NCBI GenBank assembly: GCA_963814585.1
Contig: CAWFDF010000004.1
Coordinates: 416,001-480,000, forward strand
Direction: 5' to 3'
Source: an uncultured delta proteobacterium
GTDB taxonomy: Bacteria; Myxococcota; Myxococcia; Myxococcales; Anaeromyxobacteraceae
DNA: 64,000 nt
This document shows, one piece after another, positions 13,079 to 22,513 of the stretch (its first letter is position 1; the number at the start of each line of letters is the position of its first letter). A model generated the notes under the pieces. That model did no database searches. It had not been told where the DNA came from and saw nothing but the letters and a program-made list of their open reading frames with translations. The position numbers and the translations under genes were made by a program.

Positions 13079-13164
13079 TCCCTCCGGCGTGAAGCGCAGG
13101 GCAGCTTGCTCGAGTACGGTCCCCCCCCGCCACTCAGGCTCCGCCCTGCGCTTCACCTGTTTCC

Positions 13165-13551
13165 ATGGCCTCGGTCCTCCTCATCGACGGAGACCGGAAC
13201 TTCCGGGAAGCGCTGGCGATCGCCCTGCGCCTCGACGGCTGCGCCGTGACCTCCGCTGGCTGCGGGGCCGAGGCGCTCCGGCTCCTCGAGCGCGGCGGCT
13301 ACGACCTCTGCCTGGTCGACCTGAACGTGAGCGAGGTGGAGGGGGTGCTGGGCGCGGCCGCCGCCAACCCGACGCCGATCCTGGTGACCGGACCCTACTC
13401 CGACCTGCTGGAGGCCGCCGCGCGCCGCTACCCGCCGGTGCGGGCGCTGCCGAAGCCGTTCGCCGCCGCCGAGCTGCTGGCGCACCTGGCGCCGGCGCCG
13501 ACCCGGGACGCTACATCACCATCGCGCCGGCGACCTGCGCCAGGCGGATGA
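13165..13551 (+). CDS. Atypical single-domain response regulator
   Basis: [12 protein letters not shown] (phosphoacceptor Asp), VTG, KPF; 3' end overlaps nuoN end. Confidence 0.75.
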   Translation: MASVLLIDGDRNFREALAIALRLDGCAVTSAGCGAEALRLLERGGYDLCLVDLNVSEVEGVLGAAAANPTPILVTGPYSDLLEAAARRYPPVRALPKPFAAAELLAHLAPAPTRDATSPSRRRPAPGG

Positions 13552-14986
13552 TGGGATTGGCCACCAGGCCGAACAGGACCACCACCAGCGCGGCCAGGCC
13601 GAGCGCGAAGACCATGACCGGCGCGGCCACCGGCTCCTCGCTCCCCTCGGCCGGCTTCATGTACATGTGGACCACCACCCGCAGGTAGTAGAAGGCGCCG
13701 AGGACGCTGGTGAGCACCCCGACGATGGCGAGCGGGTAGAGCTGGGCGCCCACCGCGGCCTTGAAGAGGTAGAGCTTGCCGATGAACCCGGCCGTGGGCG
13801 GCACGCCGGCCAGGCTGAGCAGGAAGACGGTCATGACGAACGCCAGCGCCGGCCGCCGCCGGGACAGGCCGGAGAAGCGGGAGAGGTCCCAGGCCCGGGA
13901 CGGCTCCACGTCGCCGCGGGTGCGCTCCTCGGCCGACCCGACCACGGCGAAGGCGCCGATGGCGGTGGCGGTGTAGGTGGCCAGGTAGAAGAGCACGCCG
14001 GCCAGCGCCATGGACCGCACCCCTTCGACCCGGGCCGCGACCACGCCGACCAGCAGGTAGCCGGCGTGCCCGATCGACGAGTAGGCCAGCATCCGCTTCA
14101 CGCTCCGCTGCGGGAGCGCCAGCAGGTTGCCGAGGACCATGGTGAGGACCGCCAGCACCACCAGGACGCTCTCGAAGGAGAGGGCGCCGGCGCCGGCGCC
14201 CCCCTGCGTGGAGAGGAAGAGGCGAGCCAGCAGCGCGAAGGCGGCGGTCTTCACGCCGGCGGCCATGAAGGCGGTCACCGGGGTGGGGGCCCCCTCGTAG
14301 ACGTCGGGGACCCAGCCGTGGAACGGCACCGCGCCCACCTTGAAGGCCAGCCCGGACGCGATGAGGCCGAGCCCGGCCAGCAGCAGCATCGAGCCGGCGC
14401 CGCGGGACCCGTGCAGGGCGGAGAAGAGCGTGGTGCCGGTGGCGCCGAAGACCAGCGAGCTGCCGTAGAGCAGCAGCGCCGAGGAGACCGCCCCGAGGAT
14501 CATGTACTTGAAGGCGGCCTCGGAAGGGCGGCGGCCGCGGCGCACGTAGGCCGCCAGCGAGTAGGTGGCGAGGCTCATGATCTCGATGGCCACGAAGGCC
14601 ACCAGGAGGTCCGAGGCCATGCCCACCAGCGCCATGCCGGAGGCGGCGAAGAGCGTCAGCGCGTAGTACTCGCCGCGCTCGGCGTTCCGGTCGTGCAGCC
14701 AGCCGGCGCTCACCATCGCCGAGAGCGCCACGCCCCCGCTGATGACGACGGTGACGAAGGCCGAGAAGGCGTCGACGGTGGCCTGGCCGCCGAAGATCGC
14801 GCCGGCGGGCGTGGCGACGATGGCGGCCACCGCGGCCAGCAGCGCCACCACCACCGTGAGCCAGGCCTGGTAGCCGCGGCGGGCCGAGGTCAGGAAGACC
14901 TCGCTGAGCAGCAGCACCAGTCCGCCCGAGGCCAGGACGGCGACGGGCACCAGGGCGACGAAGTCGCGTGTCGGGAAGCCGGTCAT
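13511..14986 (-). CDS. nuoN: NADH-quinone oxidoreductase subunit N
   Basis: [54 protein letters not shown]. Confidence 0.95.
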   Translation of the reverse strand: MTGFPTRDFVALVPVAVLASGGLVLLLSEVFLTSARRGYQAWLTVVVALLAAVAAIVATPAGAIFGGQATVDAFSAFVTVVISGGVALSAMVSAGWLHDRNAERGEYYALTLFAASGMALVGMASDLLVAFVAIEIMSLATYSLAAYVRRGRRPSEAAFKYMILGAVSSALLLYGSSLVFGATGTTLFSALHGSRGAGSMLLLAGLGLIASGLAFKVGAVPFHGWVPDVYEGAPTPVTAFMAAGVKTAAFALLARLFLSTQGGAGAGALSFESVLVVLAVLTMVLGNLLALPQRSVKRMLAYSSIGHAGYLLVGVVAARVEGVRSMALAGVLFYLATYTATAIGAFAVVGSAEERTRGDVEPSRAWDLSRFSGLSRRRPALAFVMTVFLLSLAGVPPTAGFIGKLYLFKAAVGAQLYPLAIVGVLTSVLGAFYYLRVVVHMYMKPAEGSEEPVAAPVMVFALGLAALVVVLFGLVANPIIRLAQVAGAMVM

Positions 14987-14987
14987 G

Positions 14988-16559
14988 TCAGAACGCCCCT
15001 CTGGGCGACGGGGGAGGGCGGGCGGCCACGGCCGTGGAGATCGTGCCGACCTGCGACGGGAGACCCAGCCGGGCCTCGGCCTGCTGGAAGCGCTGCACCA
15101 GCCGGTCGACGGCCGGCTTGGCCGGCGCCAGGAACGGTCCAGGCATGAGCCCCATCACCACGATGAAGACGATCACCGGCGCCATGACGAACCACTCGCG
15201 CACCGAGAAGTCGGGGAGGTGCCGGTTCTCCTCCTTGCGGATGGGGCCGTAGAAGACCTTCTCCACCAGGATCAGCATGTAGACGGCGCCGAGGATGACG
15301 CCGGTCGCGGCCACCACCGCCAGGACCTGCCCGTAGGGCAGCCGGGAGAGGAAGGTGCCGGAGAGGATGAGGAACTCGCCGACGAAGCCGTTGGTGCCGG
15401 GCAGGCCGATCGACGAGAGCGTCACCACCACGAAGGCGGCGGCCAGCCACGGCACCTGCTTGGCGATGCCGCCGTACTCGGCCAGCAGCCGGGTGTGGCG
15501 CCGCTCGTAGAGCATGCCCACCAGCAGGAAGAGGCCGCCGGTGGAGACGCCGTGGTTCAGCATCTGGTAGACGCCGCCGGTCAGCCCCTCGGCGCTGAGG
15601 GCCATGAGCCCGAGCATCACGAAGCCGAGGTGCGACACCGACGAGTAGGCCACCAGCCGCTTCATGTCGGTCTGCACGAAGCACATCAGCGCGCCGTAGA
15701 CGATGCCGATGGTGGCCAGCGTGGCCACGTGCGGGCGGAAGTACAGCGCCGCCTCGGGGAAGAGCGGCATGGCGTAGCGGATGAAGCCGAAGGTCCCCAT
15801 CTTCAGGAGCACGCCGGCCAGGATCACCGAGCCGGCGGTGGGCGCCTCGGTGTGGGCGTCGGGCAGCCAGGTGTGGAGCGGGAACATCGGCACCTTGACC
15901 GCGAAGGCCAGCGCGAAGGCCAGGAAGAGCCAGCGCCCCTGCCCGGTCGTCACCTGCAGGGCGGCGCGCGCCTGCACGTAGTCGAAGCTGCCGCCGTCGT
16001 GGAAGGAGACGAAGAGGATGGCCAGCAGCATGAGCACGCTGGCGGCGAAGGTGTAGACGAAGAACTTCACGGTCGCGTAGAGCCGGTTCTGCGAGCCCCA
16101 GATCCCGATCAGCAGGTACATCGGGATCAGCATCAGCTCCCAGAAGACGTAGAAGAGGATCAGATCCAGCGCCGCGAAGGTGCCGATCATGGCGGTCTCG
16201 AGCACCAGCACCGCGATCATGAACTCCTTGACCCGGTCCTGGACCGCCTGCCAGGTGGAGAGGATCACCACCGGCATCAGCAGGGTGGTGAGCATCACCA
16301 GCAGCAGCGCCACGCCGTCGAGGCCGACGTGGTAACCGATGCCCAGCGACGGCATCCAGGCCCGCGTCTCCTCGAACTGGAACTCGGCGGCGCCGGCGGA
16401 GGCGTCGAAGCCGATCCAGAGGAAGAGCGAGAGGCCGAGGGTGACCAGGGAGACCACCAGCGCCAGGGCGCGGTGCTGGCCGGCCTCGCCGCGCGGCAGG
16501 AGCGCCGCGGCCAGGGCGCCGACCAGCGGGACGAAGGTGACGACGGTGAGCAGGTTCAC
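14988..16559 (-). CDS. nuoM: NADH-quinone oxidoreductase subunit M
   Basis: [51 protein letters not shown]. Confidence 0.95.
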   Translation of the reverse strand: MNLLTVVTFVPLVGALAAALLPRGEAGQHRALALVVSLVTLGLSLFLWIGFDASAGAAEFQFEETRAWMPSLGIGYHVGLDGVALLLVMLTTLLMPVVILSTWQAVQDRVKEFMIAVLVLETAMIGTFAALDLILFYVFWELMLIPMYLLIGIWGSQNRLYATVKFFVYTFAASVLMLLAILFVSFHDGGSFDYVQARAALQVTTGQGRWLFLAFALAFAVKVPMFPLHTWLPDAHTEAPTAGSVILAGVLLKMGTFGFIRYAMPLFPEAALYFRPHVATLATIGIVYGALMCFVQTDMKRLVAYSSVSHLGFVMLGLMALSAEGLTGGVYQMLNHGVSTGGLFLLVGMLYERRHTRLLAEYGGIAKQVPWLAAAFVVVTLSSIGLPGTNGFVGEFLILSGTFLSRLPYGQVLAVVAATGVILGAVYMLILVEKVFYGPIRKEENRHLPDFSVREWFVMAPVIVFIVVMGLMPGPFLAPAKPAVDRLVQRFQQAEARLGLPSQVGTISTAVAARPPPSPRGAF

Positions 16560-16561
16560 GG

Positions 16562-18589
16562 CTAGAGGCCTCCCACGCCGAGGACGGACGCGAGGATGGC
16601 GGCCGCGGCCAGCGCCATGTAGGCGGCGTAGCGCTGCACATCCCCGTTCTGGGCCAGCCGCACCGCCGACCCCAGGAAGCCGACCAGGCGCGCCACCCCG
16701 TTCACCATCAACCCGTCGATGAGGACGACGTCGACCACGCGCCAGAGGCCGCGGGCCAGGGACTTGAGCGGCCCGATGATGGTCGCCTCGTAGAGCTCGT
16801 CGACCCGGAACTTGTCGGCCATGAGCCGGTAGGTGCGGGGCCAGGCCGCGGCCCAGCGGGCCGGCGTGCCGCCCAGGCCGCCCTTGTAGAGTGCCCAGCC
16901 GATGAGCGTGCCGACCGCCGCGATGACCCAGGCGGCGAAGTAGGGCCAGGCCGGGTGGGCGCCGGCATGGAAGTGGCCGACCTCGCGGAGCCGGTCGGTG
17001 CCGGGGACGAAGACCGGCTCGATGAAGTGGGCGAAGAGCTCCGAGACCGGCGAGTGGCCGGGGAGCCCGAGGACGAGCGCGACCGCCGCCAGCACCGCCA
17101 GCACCATGAGCGGGACGGTCATGGCGTAGGACGACTCGTGGGCGTGCTCGGCGGCGTGGGTGCGCGGCGTGCCCAGGAAGGTGAGCCAGTAGAGCCGCGT
17201 CATGTAGAAGGCGGTGCCGAGCGCGGCCACCGCGCCGATGGCGTAGGCGATGGGCCCGACCTGGTGCCAGGCGGGGTTCGAGCTGAAGAGCGCGTTGCCG
17301 AGGATGGCGTCCTTCGACCAGAAGCCGGAGAGCGGGACGATGCCGGTGGCGGCGATGGTGGCGACCAGGAAGGTCCAGTGCGTGTGCGGCATCTTCCTGG
17401 CCAGCCCGCCCATCTTGCGGATGTCGGTCTCGTCCCCCATGCCGTGCATCACCGAGCCGGCGCCGAGGAAGAGGCAGCCCTTGAAGAAGGCGTGGGTGAC
17501 GAGGTGGAGGATGCCGGCCCACCAGGCGCCGCAGCCGACCCCGATGAACATGAAGCCGAGCTGGCTCACCGTGGAGTAGGCCAGCACCTTCTTGATGTCG
17601 GTCTGGACGAAGGCGATGACCGCGGCGAAGAGCGCGGTGGCCGCCCCGACGATGGTCACGGTGGCCATGGCCGCCGGCGCCAGCGTGTAGAGCATGGAGT
17701 TGCGGGCCACCAGGTAGACCCCGGCGGTGACCATGGTGGCGGCGTGGATGAGGGCCGAGACCGGGGTCGGGCCGGCCATGGCGTCGGGCAGCCAGATGTA
17801 GAGCGGCAGCTGCGCCGACTTGCCGGCGGCGCCGACGAAGAGGCAGATGGTGGCGAAGGTGACGGCCGACTGGTAGGTCCAGCCGGCGAAGACCCCCGCG
17901 CCGATGGGCGCGTCGGGCGTGACCACCCGGGCCAGGTCGGCCAGCTCGGCGTAGCTGGAGGTGCCGAAGATGGCCAGCAGCGAGAAGACCCCGAGGAGGA
18001 AGCCGAAGTCGCCCACCCGGTTGGTGATGAAGGCCTTGCGGCCGGCGAAGGCCTTCTGCTCGTCGGTGTACCAGAAGCCGATCAGCAGGTAGGAGCAGAG
18101 GCCGACGCCCTCCCACCCGACGAAGGTGAGGACCAGCGAGTCGCCGAGCACCAGGGTGAGCATGGCCGCGACGAAGAGGTTCAGGTAGGTGAAGAAGCGG
18201 GCGTAGCCGGCGTCGTCCTCGTGGGACATGTAGGACGCCGAGTAGACGTGGATGAGCGTGCCCACCCCGGTGACGACCAGCAGCAGCGTGCCGGAGAGCC
18301 GGTCGACCAGCAGCCCCCAGGCCACCGAGATGACGGCCCGTCCGTCGGCGCCGGTGACGGCGATCCAGGGATCGCCCTGGAACCGCAGGTTGCGGGTGGT
18401 CAGCACCCAGGCGAAGGCGATGGCCGCGACGACCAGGGAGCCCGCCATGGCGCCGAGGGCGACCAGGGTGGCGTTCCCCTTGCCGATCCGGCGGCCGAAC
18501 AGCCCGTTGATCACGGCGCCGGCCAGGGGGAACAGGATGATGGCCCAGAGGCTCGCCTCGGCCGCGGCGGGAGTCGGCAGGAAGGGCAT
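16562..18589 (-). CDS. nuoL: NADH-quinone oxidoreductase subunit L
   Basis: GWEGVGLCSYLLIGFW, GKSAQLPLYIWLPDAMAGPTPVSALIHAATMV, THAFFK. Confidence 0.95.
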   Translation of the reverse strand: MPFLPTPAAAEASLWAIILFPLAGAVINGLFGRRIGKGNATLVALGAMAGSLVVAAIAFAWVLTTRNLRFQGDPWIAVTGADGRAVISVAWGLLVDRLSGTLLLVVTGVGTLIHVYSASYMSHEDDAGYARFFTYLNLFVAAMLTLVLGDSLVLTFVGWEGVGLCSYLLIGFWYTDEQKAFAGRKAFITNRVGDFGFLLGVFSLLAIFGTSSYAELADLARVVTPDAPIGAGVFAGWTYQSAVTFATICLFVGAAGKSAQLPLYIWLPDAMAGPTPVSALIHAATMVTAGVYLVARNSMLYTLAPAAMATVTIVGAATALFAAVIAFVQTDIKKVLAYSTVSQLGFMFIGVGCGAWWAGILHLVTHAFFKGCLFLGAGSVMHGMGDETDIRKMGGLARKMPHTHWTFLVATIAATGIVPLSGFWSKDAILGNALFSSNPAWHQVGPIAYAIGAVAALGTAFYMTRLYWLTFLGTPRTHAAEHAHESSYAMTVPLMVLAVLAAVALVLGLPGHSPVSELFAHFIEPVFVPGTDRLREVGHFHAGAHPAWPYFAAWVIAAVGTLIGWALYKGGLGGTPARWAAAWPRTYRLMADKFRVDELYEATIIGPLKSLARGLWRVVDVVLIDGLMVNGVARLVGFLGSAVRLAQNGDVQRYAAYMALAAAAILASVLGVGGL

Positions 18590-18719
18590 AGGAGTGGGGC
18601 GAAGGATTACCCGCTTGAGCAGGGCAAGGCAACGATCTTCTGGCCGCTTTTCCCACCCCCACGGGTCTGATGACAACCCGTGGAGTCCACGAACCGGTCT
18701 CCGTGCTATTCGATCGGCC

Positions 18720-20186
18720 ATGCGTCCCGTGGACCCCTCCGACGAGGCCCGCAAGCTCCCCCGGGCCGATCGGCTGCTCCAGGCCGCCGAGCGGGCCGGC
18801 CTGGTGGCGCGGCTCGGGCACGAGCCGGTCATGGAGGCGGTCCGTGGCGAGCTCAGCGGCCGCCGGGCGGCGGTGCTGGCCGGGGCCCCCTGCCCGCCCC
18901 CGGAGGAGATCGAGGCGGCGCTGCTGGCGCGCCTGGCCGCCGGAGCCCCCGGGGCGCTGCGCCGGGCCATCAACGCCACCGGGGTGATCATCCACACCAA
19001 CCTGGGCCGCGCCCCCCTCTCCGCCGCCACCGCCGCCGCCATGGCCGCCGCCGCCGAGGGCTACTCGACGCTCGAGTTCGACGTCGAGCGGGGGGAGCGA
19101 GGCGACCGCTACCACCACGCCGCGGGCGCGCTCTGCCGGCTCACCGGCGCCGAGGACGCGGTGGCGGTCAACAACGGCGCCGCGGCGGTGCTGATGGCGC
19201 TGGCCGCCCTCTCCTCCGCCCGGCCGTCGGGGGCGCCGGCCGCCGGGGGCGGGCCCGGGGGCGCTGGCCTGCCCGAGGTGCCAGCTCCCGGCTTGCCGGA
19301 GGTGATCGTGAGCCGTGGCCAGCTGGTCGAGATCGGCGGCGGCTTCCGGATCCCGGACGTGCTGCGCCGCTCCGGGGCGGCCCTGGTCGAGGTGGGGACC
19401 ACCAACCGGACCTACGCCGCCGACGTGGAGGAGGCCGTCACGCCGCGCACCCGCGCCCTGCTCTCGGTGCACCGCTCCAACTTCCGGCTCGACGGCTTCG
19501 TCGCCGAGCCCTCGCTGGCGGAGCTGGTGGCGCTGGCGCGCCGGCGCGACCTCTGGGTGGTGGACGATCTCGGCTCGGGCGCCCTGCTCCCCACCGCGCC
19601 GCACGGCCTGGCGCCGGAGCCGACCGTGCCCGAGCGGGTCCGGGCCGGCGCCGACCTGGTCTGCTTCTCCGGCGACAAGCTGCTGGGCGGGCCGCAGGCG
19701 GGCCTGATGGTGGGCCGGGCCGCGGCGGTGGCGCTGGTGAAGCGCCACCCCCTGCTGCGGGCGCTGCGGCTCGACAAGGTGGCGCTGGCCGGGCTCTCGG
19801 CCACGCTGGCCCACTACGAGCGCGGCGAGGCGCTGCGCGAGCTCCCGGTCTGGCGGGCCATCGCCCGGCCGCTCGGCGAGCTGGAGGCCACGGCCGGCCG
19901 CTGGCGGGCGGCGGTGGTCTCGCTGGCGCCGGGGGCCGTGGTGCGGCGCGGCGAGTCGGCGGTGGGGGGCGGGACCCTGCCGGGCGAGACCCTCCCGACC
20001 TGGCTGCTGGCGCTCCCGTCGCCCGACCCGGCGGCGCTGCTGGCCGCGCTGCGGCGGGCGCCGACGCCGGTGGTGGCGCGGATCGAGGAGGGCGCCGTGG
20101 TGCTCGATCCGCGCACCCTGCTGGACGGGGAGGAGCCGACGCTGCTGGCCGCGCTGCGCGCGGCGCTGGGCGCGACTACGGGTTGA
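18720..20186 (+). CDS. selA: L-seryl-tRNA(Sec) selenium transferase
   Basis: INATGVIIHTNLGRA, SRGQLVEIGGGFRIPD, EVGTTNRT, FSGDKLLGGPQAG. Confidence 0.96.
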   Translation: MRPVDPSDEARKLPRADRLLQAAERAGLVARLGHEPVMEAVRGELSGRRAAVLAGAPCPPPEEIEAALLARLAAGAPGALRRAINATGVIIHTNLGRAPLSAATAAAMAAAAEGYSTLEFDVERGERGDRYHHAAGALCRLTGAEDAVAVNNGAAAVLMALAALSSARPSGAPAAGGGPGGAGLPEVPAPGLPEVIVSRGQLVEIGGGFRIPDVLRRSGAALVEVGTTNRTYAADVEEAVTPRTRALLSVHRSNFRLDGFVAEPSLAELVALARRRDLWVVDDLGSGALLPTAPHGLAPEPTVPERVRAGADLVCFSGDKLLGGPQAGLMVGRAAAVALVKRHPLLRALRLDKVALAGLSATLAHYERGEALRELPVWRAIARPLGELEATAGRWRAAVVSLAPGAVVRRGESAVGGGTLPGETLPTWLLALPSPDPAALLAALRRAPTPVVARIEEGAVVLDPRTLLDGEEPTLLAALRAALGATTG

Positions 20187-20868
20187 ACCGGTACCCCACG
20201 CCGCGCACCGTCTCCAGGTGGCGCGGGGCGTCGGCGTCGTCGTCGATGTGGGCGCGGAGCCGGGCCACGAAGTTGTCCACGGTGCGCGCCGTCCCGAAGT
20301 AGCGCGAGCCCCAGACCGACTCCATCAGCTGCTCGCGCGAGAAGACCCGGTCCGGGTGGGTGACGAAGTACAGCAGCAGGTCGAACTCGCGGGTGGTCAG
20401 CTCCAGCGGCCTGCCGTTGACGGTGGCGCGGCGGGCCTGCAGGTCGATCTCCACCGGCCCGGCCCGCTTCACGGTCCTGGCGTCGCCGGTCTCGCCCTTG
20501 ACCCGCCGCCGGCGCAGCAGCGCCCCGATGCGGGCCAGCAGCTCCTTCAGGCTGAAGGGCTTCACCATGTAGTCGTCGGCGCCGAGCTGGAGCCCGGCCA
20601 CCTTGTCGGTCTCCTGCCCCTTGGCGGAGAGGATCAGCACCGGCAGGTCGGGGTCGTCGCGGCGCAGCTCGCGGATCACCTCCAGGCCGCCGAGACGCGG
20701 CAGCATCACGTCGACCACCAGCAGGTCGAACCGCTCGGCGCGCGCCAGCTGCAGGCCGGTCTCGCCGTCGCTGGCGGAGCGGACCGCGTACCCCTCCAGC
20801 GTCAGGTTGAGCTGCAGGCCGCGCAGGATGGAGGGGTCGTCCTCGATGACCAGGATGCGCTCGCTCAC
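20176..20868 (-). CDS. OmpR/PhoB family response regulator
   Basis: IEDD, DVMLP, GADDYMVKPF, winged helix ETVRGVGYRF. Confidence 0.93.
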   Translation of the reverse strand: MSERILVIEDDPSILRGLQLNLTLEGYAVRSASDGETGLQLARAERFDLLVVDVMLPRLGGLEVIRELRRDDPDLPVLILSAKGQETDKVAGLQLGADDYMVKPFSLKELLARIGALLRRRRVKGETGDARTVKRAGPVEIDLQARRATVNGRPLELTTREFDLLLYFVTHPDRVFSREQLMESVWGSRYFGTARTVDNFVARLRAHIDDDADAPRHLETVRGVGYRFNP

Positions 20869-21755
20869 GGGCCCTCCGCCGCCGGCAAGGTGATGGAGAA
20901 GGCGGCGCCGTGCCCGACCTCCGACTTGACTGCGACCTTGCCGCCGTGGGCGCCGACGATGTGCTTCACCATGGCCAGCCCCAGCCCCGAGCCCTCGATG
21001 GAGCGCAGCAGCGGATCGCGGGCCCGGTAGAACTTGTCGAAGATCCGCTTCTGGTCGGGGAGCGAGATGCCGGGGCCGTTGTCGGCCACCGTGATCACCA
21101 CCGCCGGGCCGGTCCGCGCCGCGCTCACCGTGATCCGCTTCTCCGGGCCGGTGTACTTGTGGGCGTTGTAGAGCAGGTCGAGCAGCGCGCCGCTGAGCGC
21201 CTCGCGATCGGCCACCACCTCGGGGAGCTCGGACGGCAGCGCCCGGACCAGCTCGACCGGGTGGGTGAACTGCAGCGGCTCGAAGGCGTCGAGCGCGTCC
21301 TCGATGATGGGGAGGAGGGGCTGGCGCTCGAGGTCGAAGCGCCGCCGTCCCGACTCCATGCGGGCCCAGTCGAGCAGCCGGTTGATGAGGGTGGAGAGCC
21401 GGGCGGTCTCCTCGGCGATGATCTCCAGCGCCTCGGCGCGGCGGGCCTCGTCGGTGAACCGCCCCATCTGCAGGGTCTCGACGAACATCCGGATCGAGGT
21501 GAGCGGGGTGCGCAGGTCGTGGGAGACCTTGTTGACGAAGTCGGTCTGCAGCCGGGCCACCCGTGACTCGCGCTGCACCACGATGAGCGTGGCGGCGCTG
21601 CCGGCCACCGTGGTGGCCACCAGGGTGAGGATGAGCCCTCCGAAGACGTAGTCGCGAGGCGCCGCGCCGAACACCAGGATCAGCACGCCCACGGTGAGCA
21701 TCAGGGCCGCCGGGACGAACACGAAGCCGATGATCAGCGGCAGGACTCGGCGCAC
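20865..21755 (-). CDS. Small two-TM sensor histidine kinase
   Basis: Two TM helices, SHDLRTPL, NAHKY, DNGPG, GSGLGL. Confidence 0.92.
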   Translation of the reverse strand: MRRVLPLIIGFVFVPAALMLTVGVLILVFGAAPRDYVFGGLILTLVATTVAGSAATLIVVQRESRVARLQTDFVNKVSHDLRTPLTSIRMFVETLQMGRFTDEARRAEALEIIAEETARLSTLINRLLDWARMESGRRRFDLERQPLLPIIEDALDAFEPLQFTHPVELVRALPSELPEVVADREALSGALLDLLYNAHKYTGPEKRITVSAARTGPAVVITVADNGPGISLPDQKRIFDKFYRARDPLLRSIEGSGLGLAMVKHIVGAHGGKVAVKSEVGHGAAFSITLPAAEGP

Positions 21756-21867
21756 GGGGCGTACCCTACCACCGTCGTCCTCGACGCCGCGCGCCCCTCC
21801 CTCGCCACCGCGGCCGGGCCGCCGACCCCCGCCTCCGCCGGCGACGAGATGCCCGGCCTGGCGCCCG

Positions 21868-22341
21868 TCAACGCCCTTCGACCAGCTGCCTGGCCAGGGC
21901 CCTCAGGCGCTCCTCGTCCCCCGCCCCGATTCCCCGGTCGCGGTTCAGCGTGAGGCTGTAGAGCACCCCCTTGCTCCCCGCGTAGAAGGAGAGCTGCTGC
22001 TGGTCGCGCAGCTGGAAGGCGCCGGTCCCGAGCGAGGGCTCGTCCTTGACCGATCGCCCCGGCTCCTTGGACTGCCTCGCCATGGTCGCGCTGAAGGCCA
22101 GGGTGCTGGCGGGCTGGGGGGTGGGCGCCGCCACCAGGCTCAGGTGCGCCGAGTTGTCCCCGTTCCGCAGCTCGCAGATGGTGTTCTTTCCCGACTTGAC
22201 GGCCTTGGGCTTCGCGCCGGGCTCGCCGATCAGCGCGCCGCCGTGCTGGGCGATCGCGGCGCAGGGGTCCTGGGCCTGGGCGGCGGTCGTCCACCCGATC
22301 AGCGCCGCGACGGAGAGGAACGCGAAGGCCTGGAGCCGCAT
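21868..22341 (-). CDS. Exported hypothetical protein
   Basis: Signal peptide ending AQA, two Cys, SD AGGAGG. Confidence 0.7.
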   Translation of the reverse strand: MRLQAFAFLSVAALIGWTTAAQAQDPCAAIAQHGGALIGEPGAKPKAVKSGKNTICELRNGDNSAHLSLVAAPTPQPASTLAFSATMARQSKEPGRSVKDEPSLGTGAFQLRDQQQLSFYAGSKGVLYSLTLNRDRGIGAGDEERLRALARQLVEGR

Positions 22342-22513
22342 GGTCGGTGCCTCCTGGAAGGCATGGAGCCGTTCGCGGAGTTCTAGCCACGCCCACCACG
22401 AGGCGAAAGGCCCGGGCGGGTCGTCCCCGGCCGCCGGAGGTGACGGCCGGGCCGCCGTGATTCAGACTGGGCCCGGCTGGCCGGGCGGAGCCTGCCGGGG
22501 AGGTGCCAGGACC

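Noticed and set aside
18660..18700. Hammerhead ribozyme or fluoride riboswitch (CTGATGA core)
   Set aside because: No correctly placed stem II-GAAA-stem III, and no fluoride aptamer 5' motif.
16560..19814. 1608-aa ORF extending nuoM
   Set aside because: Shadow frame over nuoL and antisense to selA; NuoM starts at GTG 16559.
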